From the IMG/VR virus record IMGVR_UViG_3300028920_000049: 22,931 nucleotides of DNA; one strand, written 5' to 3'. Source of the DNA: a virus. Positions 16,057 to 22,931 of this stretch are shown one piece after another; positions within the stretch are counted from its first letter, which is position 1, and each line of letters starts with the position of its first letter. Made by a program: the position numbers and the translations under genes. The notes under the pieces were generated by a model. The model was not told where the DNA came from, searched no databases, and saw nothing but the letters and a program-made list of their open reading frames with translations.

Positions 16057-16922
16057 TACACACCAAATATTTCTGCAAACATGTTTGCTACATCGCTACG
16101 TTCGCCCTTAATGAGCTCGAGAGAAGCAAAGATTTGACTCTCTTGGGCCCTTCTATCATTTATGAGCTTGTGTATCCCTGTCTTTTCGCGGGCGATCTTC
16201 TCGTCCCTCTGACCCAGGTCACCCATAATGACTATCTTACTACCCTCTCCTACTCGAGTGCCTAGCGCTACCATCTCCTGATAGTCCAGGACCTGTACCT
16301 CATCAGCTATGATGAAGCTGTTGGCCCAGCTGGCTCCTCTGATTAGCTGGAGAGGGATAAATTCCATCTTGTATTGGCTGATGGCGTCACCAACCTTGCG
16401 CTTATCTCCTCCTAGAAGGTGTGCGATGTTGCACACATAGTTTTCTAAGTAGGGGCCAAACTTCTCGTCCACGTCACCAGGTAGAGCTCCCAGTCCATGC
16501 TTACCCACCCAGGACATAGGCCTGGTCAGGATAATGCGTTCATATGGAGCGTCCTTAGCATCTACCCGATGTAGGGCTGAGGCCAGGGTAAGTAGGGTCT
16601 TACCAGTACCTGCGCGCCCTGTCAGGACTACTACCTTAATTCTGTCATCCAGCAATGCATCAAAAGCGAACAATTGTTCCTTGTTTCTGGGGTTAACGCC
16701 GCTAATTTGATGCTTTCTGTCTATTCTAAGCAGGCACAGTCTGTCTGCGATGCACCTGGTCAGTGCTGTCTGTGTTCCGAGTGCCTTTAGCACTACGAAT
16801 TCGTTCTGAAAGAACTTATAGTTGCGGTTGAATTCAGTAGAGATACTGCCTTCTTTGTACAGCTCGTTAATAACCTCAGTACGGGTATCAACGACACGCA
16901 CACCGGTATAGGTTTGAGCCAA
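16056..16922 (-). CDS. phoH: PhoH-family ATPase (PhoH2/YlaK-type without PIN domain)
   Basis: PRNKEQ, GRAGTGKT, LPGDVDEK, IRGASW, IADEVQ, TRVGEGSK, GDLGQRD and ERS motifs. Confidence 0.92.
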   Translation of the reverse strand: MAQTYTGVRVVDTRTEVINELYKEGSISTEFNRNYKFFQNEFVVLKALGTQTALTRCIADRLCLLRIDRKHQISGVNPRNKEQLFAFDALLDDRIKVVVLTGRAGTGKTLLTLASALHRVDAKDAPYERIILTRPMSWVGKHGLGALPGDVDEKFGPYLENYVCNIAHLLGGDKRKVGDAISQYKMEFIPLQLIRGASWANSFIIADEVQVLDYQEMVALGTRVGEGSKIVIMGDLGQRDEKIAREKTGIHKLINDRRAQESQIFASLELIKGERSDVANMFAEIFGV

Positions 16923-16925
16923 GAT

Positions 16926-17342
16926 TTAGTCCTCCTCCATGGCGATTCGGAATCTCTGTAGATGTGGCTTTTTTGACTCTGCTTTCTGAATCTCCTCCTT
17001 TCTTATGTCTTCTGACACCACATAGTCTCTGAAGTTCATCTGTTTGCCGAACTCTTCTGCTGTTCCATTAGGTAAATCTATTGCTATGAGTACTTCTTTG
17101 CCGTCGCACTCTGCTACATATCCATTCTCCAGAACTATGGGGTCTTCTCCCTCCAGCAGCTTGACCGAGACCTTAACGTCAGCTGACCAGCCCTGGTTGC
17201 CAACATACTCTTTGTATACTCTCTCGAACTCGCTGTCTGGCATCTTGAGGCGAATGATAGAACTATGCGGTCCTAGCCATCCGCAGTCCATTTGCTCGAT
17301 TTCAATAGATTGCACTCGGAAGGTATCGTTGTTGAAGTGCAT
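16926..17342 (-). CDS. Hypothetical protein
   Basis: Probable start MHFNND at 17342, 2 nt after the dCMP deaminase stop. The track's upstream extension overlaps the deaminase. Confidence 0.6.
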   Translation of the reverse strand: MHFNNDTFRVQSIEIEQMDCGWLGPHSSIIRLKMPDSEFERVYKEYVGNQGWSADVKVSVKLLEGEDPIVLENGYVAECDGKEVLIAIDLPNGTAEEFGKQMNFRDYVVSEDIRKEEIQKAESKKPHLQRFRIAMEED

Positions 17343-17344
17343 GA

Positions 17345-17881
17345 TTACTGATGCAAAGGTATAGCCTCTAAAAGAGCTTTTAGATGCATATGGATTGCGT
17401 TTGGATTTTTCCATTCGTATTGCTCTGTTCTGACATAGGATTGTCCCAAGATCCAGGCTGCTGCCTTGGAGAAGTCTTGGTCTATGTATGGGTTGGTGAG
17501 ATAGAATAGCCTTGTTACCCCAGCTTGCACAATGTCCTTGGCGCACTCATTGCACGGGAACATTGTAGCGTACATTGTACTTCCTGTCGTGTCTCCAACC
17601 GAGTTTAAAATGGCGTTCTTCTCGGCATGCACAACATAGGCATACTTTGTGTCTAGCCAGTCACCCTTTCTTTCCCAAGGCATGGCGGTGAGTGGCATAC
17701 CTCGGGGTGCACCATTGTATCCACTGCCTAGAGGTCTCCCATCCGGGGTCACTAGGCATGCTCCAACTTGTGTGCTTGGGTCTGGACTTCTCCATGAGGC
17801 TCGGATTGCCTCAAGCATGTACCAGTCTTCCTTCTCTATCCTGTCGAGACGGTGACTGATCTTCCAGTTGTTATGGTCCAT
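17345..17881 (-). CDS. dCMP deaminase (ComEB/DCTD family)
   Basis: RSPDPSTQVGACLV, GYNG, HAEKNAI and PCNECAK motifs. Confidence 0.93.
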   Translation of the reverse strand: MDHNNWKISHRLDRIEKEDWYMLEAIRASWRSPDPSTQVGACLVTPDGRPLGSGYNGAPRGMPLTAMPWERKGDWLDTKYAYVVHAEKNAILNSVGDTTGSTMYATMFPCNECAKDIVQAGVTRLFYLTNPYIDQDFSKAAAWILGQSYVRTEQYEWKNPNAIHMHLKALLEAIPLHQ

Positions 17882-18162
17882 TAATTCATACTTTGCTTCA
17901 TATGAGGCGGTAATGCCTCAACAGCCATGAGGTCTTCGAGCTCCTTGTACTTGCCCTCGAGAACCATCTTGGCTACTTGCTCAGCCTTTTCTACACCGCC
18001 GCGCAGCATCTCTACTGCTTCGGCCATGCCCTGAGCTCTGTCTGCATTATCAACAAAGGGAATCCTGGCCTCAATCATTTTGATGTAGACCTCAATGAGG
18101 CCTGCAAACTTCTTGCAGTCTGCTTCGATGAAGGCTCTGATTAGTTCTTCTTTGCTTGGCAT
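17881..18162 (-). CDS. Hypothetical helical protein
   Basis: Strong SD GGAGG; TAATG overlap with the downstream gene. Confidence 0.7.
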   Translation of the reverse strand: MPSKEELIRAFIEADCKKFAGLIEVYIKMIEARIPFVDNADRAQGMAEAVEMLRGGVEKAEQVAKMVLEGKYKELEDLMAVEALPPHMKQSMN

Positions 18163-18184
18163 CTTCCCCTCCTAGATGCCTTAA

Positions 18185-18610
18185 TTATACCTCAGCAGTT
18201 GGCCAATAGTAGTCAATTTTTGGTTCTTCTGTCCATCCAAACTGACTGTAATGTTCTGGAGCCTTGAATAATAACGCAGCGCGGTGTGACGAATGAAATC
18301 TGTGGTCTCCTAGCCACGGAGGTATTGGGACTATTACTGAAGACTTTTTAAATAGGTGTACAAACCAGTCTAGCTGGTTGTCTCTATAGCCTCGTAATCT
18401 CCATTCCGAACAAATACAGATCGCATATCGAATCAAGGAGTCTTCGTATCCCTCCCACATTCTGACAGCAGGATGGTTAGCCCAACCTCTACTTCTGCCC
18501 AGCAGAGTCTGAAGGATCTGCTTACACTCTATGCGCTGTTTGCCAAGGCGTCGGTAATCGAGCACCCTGGCAGATTCAGTATAATTTTCTAAAGGCAGAA
18601 ATGTTTGCAT
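18185..18610 (-). CDS. Pyrimidine-dimer DNA glycosylase-like protein (MSMEG_6728 / endonuclease V-like family)
   Basis: MQTFLP..SA.VLD.RRLGKQR.E..QI, GWANHPAVRMWEGY, PPWLG...HSSHR..LL.K.P..Y, and Y.WP. Confidence 0.85.
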   Translation of the reverse strand: MQTFLPLENYTESARVLDYRRLGKQRIECKQILQTLLGRSRGWANHPAVRMWEGYEDSLIRYAICICSEWRLRGYRDNQLDWFVHLFKKSSVIVPIPPWLGDHRFHSSHRAALLFKAPEHYSQFGWTEEPKIDYYWPTAEV

Positions 18611-19245
18611 TAGATACAGTCTGGATCGCCAACGTCGTCAAACAGCACTGGGACTCGCTCTCTGAATTCTCTAAGGAGAGGACAGGCCAGCTCTCTCATC
18701 TGTGGATGAGCAGGAGCCGCTGCTCTCATGGTGAAGAAATGCCGCCACTCACGTGGGTTGGCCGACATCACAATCTCGGTCTTGAGACTGTTGGGCAGAA
18801 CGGAGCGAGCCATCTGAGGCTTCACTCCCATCTCAATGAGTACGAAGTAACGCTTCTCGGCGTCCTCCATTGCGGATTTCCATACGGCAAACTCTCCAGG
18901 ATGATCCATGTGTGGACGCGGGTCGATGACCGTGATCTCATTCCCAAACTTATCCTTGGCATAGTTACAGTACCTGGTGCTCTCCTGTGAGTAGGAGGCA
19001 ATCCTGTGCCTAACGATCTCGTGGGATACGCCACGGTCACAGACAAAGCGCACTGTGGCTGAGCCATGCTCGAGCACAGAGTGATGGCCACGTTCGATTA
19101 GCATCGCTACGAACTTCTTGGCGGTCTCTTCGTTGATCTCTCGATCTTCTGACTTGTAACAAGTCCTGCCATATCGCTCAATATCCACAATCATCTGTGG
19201 AGAGAGCTCTGATTCGATTGTATATGATTGCTTAACTATCCTCAT
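18610..19245 (-). CDS. thyX: FAD-dependent thymidylate synthase
   Basis: GHHSVLEH, RGVSHEIVRHRIASYSQESTRY (RHRx7S), ARSVLP, N.REWRHF, AHPQMR. Confidence 0.96.
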   Translation of the reverse strand: MRIVKQSYTIESELSPQMIVDIERYGRTCYKSEDREINEETAKKFVAMLIERGHHSVLEHGSATVRFVCDRGVSHEIVRHRIASYSQESTRYCNYAKDKFGNEITVIDPRPHMDHPGEFAVWKSAMEDAEKRYFVLIEMGVKPQMARSVLPNSLKTEIVMSANPREWRHFFTMRAAAPAHPQMRELACPLLREFRERVPVLFDDVGDPDCI

Positions 19246-19475
19246 GCCTCTATTACCTCTAATATTCCATAATGTTCTAAGATTTCTGTGAGTATATCTC
19301 TGGCCTCTTGAAATGTTTTAGTAACTAGTTCTGGTGTGTCTTCTGAGGCGTACTTAATCTTTCGTCTGAGCTCTTGGTCCATATCCCAAAGAGCGCTAGA
19401 GAGGGCACGTGCATGCACTGCTGTGAGATGCTCATGACTTTCCTCTGGAAGCTTGAATTCTAAGATTGCTTTCAT
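19242..19475 (-). CDS. Conserved-type phage hypothetical protein
   Basis: MKAILEFKLPEE...ALWDMDQELR..KY, a pattern often seen in phage hypotheticals. ATGA overlaps at both ends. Confidence 0.7.
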   Translation of the reverse strand: MKAILEFKLPEESHEHLTAVHARALSSALWDMDQELRRKIKYASEDTPELVTKTFQEARDILTEILEHYGILEVIEA

Positions 19476-20509
19476 TCTTTTCCTCCATGCATTCGCCTGT
19501 TTACGCTGCCCTCTATGTAACCGTTTTGTGAGACTTCTACCCACATAGCATTATCTCTGAGCTCCTTGAGGTTATGGGCACCTGAGTATCCCATCCCTAC
19601 TTGAACTGCCTCGAATAGATCTTTAACTATCTTCCTGGCGTCTCCTCGGAATGGGACTTTGGCTGACCCACCCTCTGGAACGAACGAAGTATTATCTCTA
19701 TTGAACCATTTCTCTCGTCCCTCTCGGCTAGCCATACCATGGAAGTACTTGTAGAGGCCTCCAGGGCTGTTGTGGGCCTCTCCAGGCGTCTGCGATGTGC
19801 CAGCCAGGAGACCGCCTAACATTACTGCATCTGCTCCCATAGCTAGTGCCTTAACGATGTCTCCGGAACTCCTGATACCACCGTCGGCTACGATATGTAC
19901 CTCTGCATTCTCGTCTTTGACAGCTTGCACACAGTGGTCAATGGCTGTGAGCTGTGGGACTCCATGCCCTGTGACCTTCCTGGTTGTACAGGCACTACCT
20001 GGTCCGATTCCCACTCTAATAATGTCAGCTCCGGCCTCTATTAGCCTTATTGCCCCCTCATATGTGCAGACATTACCCGACATGAGTAGACCAACGTCCT
20101 TGAGCATGCGGACTTCTTTTGTAGCCCTGATCGTGTTGATATTATGACCATTTGCTACGTCGATAACGAAGTTGCGGGCACCTATACCAAGCAATCTTTT
20201 TGCTCTCTCTAGATAATCTCCAGATGCCCCAATGGCAACAAATGCATCCCAGCAGTCAGCTTGATCAAACTCTTTAACCTGGTCTTCTATCCCCATATAT
20301 CTATGTAACGCACCTACTGCTCCTATTTCCTCCATGGCTTTGAGCATCTCTTGTTCGCAAATAGTGTTCATAGGAGCAGCTATCACGGGTAGTTCTAGAT
20401 GTAAGTATCCTAATTTGTTTGAGACGTCTGGTCGCTTTCTGGATTGTACTTCAGAGTACTGAGGGACCAGCATCAGGTCATCAAACGTGTAGGCTTTCTC
20501 GATCCTCAT
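19472..20509 (-). CDS. IMPDH/GMP reductase family enzyme lacking CBS domains (probably GMP reductase)
   Basis: TFDDLMLVP, IDVANGH, GNV, GIGPGSACTTR, IVADGGI, VMLG, GMAS and VPEG. No Arg-Tyr flap dyad is visible. Confidence 0.9.
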   Translation of the reverse strand: MRIEKAYTFDDLMLVPQYSEVQSRKRPDVSNKLGYLHLELPVIAAPMNTICEQEMLKAMEEIGAVGALHRYMGIEDQVKEFDQADCWDAFVAIGASGDYLERAKRLLGIGARNFVIDVANGHNINTIRATKEVRMLKDVGLLMSGNVCTYEGAIRLIEAGADIIRVGIGPGSACTTRKVTGHGVPQLTAIDHCVQAVKDENAEVHIVADGGIRSSGDIVKALAMGADAVMLGGLLAGTSQTPGEAHNSPGGLYKYFHGMASREGREKWFNRDNTSFVPEGGSAKVPFRGDARKIVKDLFEAVQVGMGYSGAHNLKELRDNAMWVEVSQNGYIEGSVNRRMHGGKE

Positions 20510-21218
20510 TTATTTCCTCCATGATACTGAACATCCGATCTACCAGACCTTTTCTCATTCCGTGAGACGGGAAACCGATAATCACATTTCTCTTTGGTGC
20601 AGCGCAGAGCTTGCACTTGTCACAGGAGATGTTGTCATTGATGGCTGCTGGACAGACAGTAATCTTCTTGCCTTTAGGACTTATGAAGTTCTTCACCTTG
20701 ACATCAGATGGCAGAGTTGTGGTTACTGGACCAATGCCCAGGTCATGTAGTCTCTCTGCTTCTGGGATTGAATCTGCTGACAGATTAATAGTGAAGCCCT
20801 CTTGATTTGCTCGCTTGATGATGTCCCTATTCCAGTCTGAAGTATACCCAGGCTTGAGGACCTCATAGTGAGTATAGGTGAAGCCTCGCTTACCTTCGTT
20901 GGCTCCCACCAGCTTCATTACTGAGGTCTTATCAATGCGGGTAGTGTCCCTCTTACATGGGACTAGGTCACCAGCCTGATTGTGTCTCCACAGCTGGTAT
21001 GCGGGAAGTTTTCTGATCTCATCCACAAAGTCATCATATTCTAGACCTCGTTCGCCTGAGGAAACCTTCTTCCAATGGATGGCCAGAGGGCCACCGTCCG
21101 CGTAGCAACCCGCGTCTTTCAACGGGCATCTAGTTGGACAAGTGGCCTCTGGGCTTGTACTTACTGGGATTGGTCCAGTCTTACTGTTGCTGCTCTTTTT
21201 GGTTAAGTGGAATTTCAT
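20481..21218 (-). CDS. Gp88-like / radical-SAM-like Fe-S phage protein
   Basis: S.NSKTGPIP, CPxxCPLxxxxCYA, WRHNQAGD, FTYTH, INLS, CPA and CDKCKLC pattern. Confidence 0.6.
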   Translation of the reverse strand: MKFHLTKKSSNSKTGPIPVSTSPEATCPTRCPLKDAGCYADGGPLAIHWKKVSSGERGLEYDDFVDEIRKLPAYQLWRHNQAGDLVPCKRDTTRIDKTSVMKLVGANEGKRGFTYTHYEVLKPGYTSDWNRDIIKRANQEGFTINLSADSIPEAERLHDLGIGPVTTTLPSDVKVKNFISPKGKKITVCPAAINDNISCDKCKLCAAPKRNVIIGFPSHGMRKGLVDRMFSIMEEINEDRESLHV

Positions 21219-22347
21219 CTCTTCCTTCCCACTCTATGTACCCGAAGTGACCTAATGGCTCATTCGGTGTAACTAGAAAGAACCCCTGCCTTGCAGGAGT
21301 ATTCTGAGCCATTCTATCTGATAGATCATTTGGTCCACACAAGCTGCCGTTGGCAATAACTGTAGCTTTGTGCCATGAACCTATTTTCCACTCGTGATAG
21401 TGGCCACTTACGATGAAGTCGCATTGGTTGCTTTCAACCCATCCTGCAATCTTCTCTCGCATTGCCGGCGTACCGGTATGCTTTACTCCCTGATGATACA
21501 GCAGACCTATTCTGTCCTTAACGTCATATCTCTGGAAAGGTTCACCTGAATGCTCGATAGAAATACCTTTTGAATCAGTGTTTCCTACCAGAATCTTAAG
21601 ACAGTGGTACAGAACATTATCCCAGTTAGTCTTCTCATTGGTCGTCTGTCCTGTTCTGCCATGATTGCCTGGTACACAGACAAGCCTCACGGGACAATCG
21701 AATATCTCCCTTGCGCTAAGGGACATTTCCCAGAAGACATTCGTTGCTATCTCTAGCTGATCAATAGTTGGACAAACAACATGCCATGGTTGGGTAGGAT
21801 AGATGTCCTCTCCCTCGAGCATGTCGCCTACCATATTGATGACGACCTCATCTACTTGATGGTTAGCTATTTGTCTGTGCACCAGACTGGGGTATTCTGC
21901 TAACCTTTCTTTGAACTCCTGGATACCGAACCCCTTGTTTTGTTGACCACAATGTGTGTCAGATAAGACCATTACCAACGAAGAGTCCTTGCTCTTCACT
22001 GGCTTGCCAGCCTTCGGCATCTTGAACTTCGGAGTTTCCTCAATCAGTTCTTTAATGAACTTTAGCTTGCGCTCATTGTTCGCAATCTTTGTTGCTGGGG
22101 GCACAGGAGCAATAATATGACTGTCCTTCTGGCAGGAAAACATCTCTATCAACTGCTGTTCTGTGTCTTCGTCACTGTCGAAGTCGCCAGTATCAAAAGC
22201 ATCCCTCAGCTTTTTGACCTTTTTCTGAATAGAATCATATGATCTGTTTGATCCGAATTCTTCTCTGAACTCCTCGTATAAGTCTTTGGTACTTAGTGTT
22301 AGATTATCTCTAAGGAATTCTAGCTCGGTCTGATTCCATACTTGCAT
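21181..22347 (-). CDS. Calcineurin-like metallophosphoesterase with N-terminal HTH
   Basis: LSDTHCG, GDMLEG, GNHGR, H(Q)G, GHYH and NGS motifs; N-terminal WNQTELEFL...RSYDSIQKK. Start MQVWN at 22347 (TAATG overlap). Confidence 0.85.
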   Translation of the reverse strand: MQVWNQTELEFLRDNLTLSTKDLYEEFREEFGSNRSYDSIQKKVKKLRDAFDTGDFDSDEDTEQQLIEMFSCQKDSHIIAPVPPATKIANNERKLKFIKELIEETPKFKMPKAGKPVKSKDSSLVMVLSDTHCGQQNKGFGIQEFKERLAEYPSLVHRQIANHQVDEVVINMVGDMLEGEDIYPTQPWHVVCPTIDQLEIATNVFWEMSLSAREIFDCPVRLVCVPGNHGRTGQTTNEKTNWDNVLYHCLKILVGNTDSKGISIEHSGEPFQRYDVKDRIGLLYHQGVKHTGTPAMREKIAGWVESNQCDFIVSGHYHEWKIGSWHKATVIANGSLCGPNDLSDRMAQNTPARQGFFLVTPNEPLGHFGYIEWEGRDEIPLNQKEQQQ

Positions 22348-22493
22348 TAGTCGGGCTCCTTCAGCTGACTGAGTCCCTTCCCTGCGACAAACACGCCAGC
22401 TCCAATTATGATTAGTGGCCAAAGCTCTATGAGTGCCCATAGACCAAGTCCACCGATTGCTATACCCGCTCCTAACGGGAACAACATGCTCAT
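22347..22493 (-). CDS. 48-aa small membrane protein (missing from the ORF track)
   Basis: MSMLFPLGAGIAIGGLGLWALIELWPLIIIGAGVFVAGKGLSQLKEPD fills the gap between dnaE and the phosphoesterase exactly, with a TAATG overlap. Confidence 0.65.
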   Translation of the reverse strand: MSMLFPLGAGIAIGGLGLWALIELWPLIIIGAGVFVAGKGLSQLKEPD

Positions 22494-22494
22494 C

Positions 22495-22931
22495 TCACTG
22501 GGTTTCTCCATTGTTAATCCTTGTTAGCTTACGCATGAAGGCTCCCTTGTAGTTGCCTATCTTGTATACTTGTGGACTCCGTAGAGTCGCACCAGCGTTA
22601 GTCTTTAAGACCACCTGCACTTCATGCAAGTCCCCTTTATACTCCTCAAGGAGACTAGTTAGTTGACTAGCTCTCGTTGCCTTGACCTCAGCGACGATCC
22701 TCTCAGGAGGCTCCTCAGCTGCTAGATCTAGTGCCTCTAGTCGACGCACTACCATCTTGGTCACTCTTCCTTCGTCAGCTTCTGTTACTTCTACAACGCC
22801 AGCTACGCTAATTGGCCGTGACTCTTCCGTCATCTCTTTGTTGGCTTCATATACATTGGGGAAGCAAACTCCCTCAATGCTCCCTGTCAGGTCCTCGAAG
22901 GTTAGGAAAGCCATCTTCTTCTTGGACTTGG
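22495..22931 (-). CDS. dnaE: DNA polymerase III alpha subunit (family C), C-terminal OB fold, partial
   Basis: KSKKKMAFLTFEDLTGSIEGVCFPNVYE is the DnaE OB-fold motif. The frame is open to the window end. Confidence 0.85.
   Translation of the reverse strand, partial: KSKKKMAFLTFEDLTGSIEGVCFPNVYEANKEMTEESRPISVAGVVEVTEADEGRVTKMVVRRLEALDLAAEEPPERIVAEVKATRASQLTSLLEEYKGDLHEVQVVLKTNAGATLRSPQVYKIGNYKGAFMRKLTRINNGETQ

Noticed and set aside
17343-17546. N-terminal extension of ORF 16926-17546
   Set aside because: It lies within the dCMP deaminase gene; the ATG at 17342 just after its stop is more plausible.
1-22931. Stop-codon recoding (TAG/TGA read-through), as in some large phages
   Set aside because: Recognisable proteins are full length in the standard code, and TAG, TGA and TAA all terminate genes at tight junctions.
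1-22931. Bacterial chromosome origin (dnaE, thyX, guaB-like, udg present)
   Set aside because: The fused primase-helicase, endolysin, many orphan small ORFs, dense overlaps and gene order are typical of a large phage. A prophage or plasmid-phage state cannot be excluded from this window alone.

Overview
This is a gene-dense 22.9 kb segment of a large tailed bacteriophage genome, read in the standard genetic code. It shows ATGA/TAATG gene overlaps and no visible tRNA, CRISPR array, integrase or transposase. The + strand block (1-14883) starts with a low-GC four-gene modification cassette (GT-B/TagF-like protein, LicC/PntC-like cytidylyltransferase, SAM methyltransferase, HAD hydrolase). It continues with holin-like membrane proteins, a Cas4-like exonuclease, a fused DnaG-DnaB primase-helicase, several more PD-(D/E)XK nucleases (one apparently catalytically dead), small Zn-ribbon proteins, an amidase endolysin and a sigma-70-like factor. 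A convergent - strand block (14852-22931) encodes the C-terminus of a DnaE-type polymerase, an HTH-metallophosphoesterase, a Gp88-like Fe-S protein, a GMP reductase/IMPDH-family enzyme, ThyX, a pyrimidine-dimer glycosylase-like protein, dCMP deaminase, a PIN-less PhoH and a family-4 uracil-DNA glycosylase. The best candidates for novelty are the CDP-activation/transfer cassette, the active plus dead Cas4-like pair, a possible inverted one-gene spanin, capsid-like motifs in non-structural ORFs, and strong enrichment of CTCGAG/GAGCTC palindromes. All family calls come from motif recognition by eye, not database searches.
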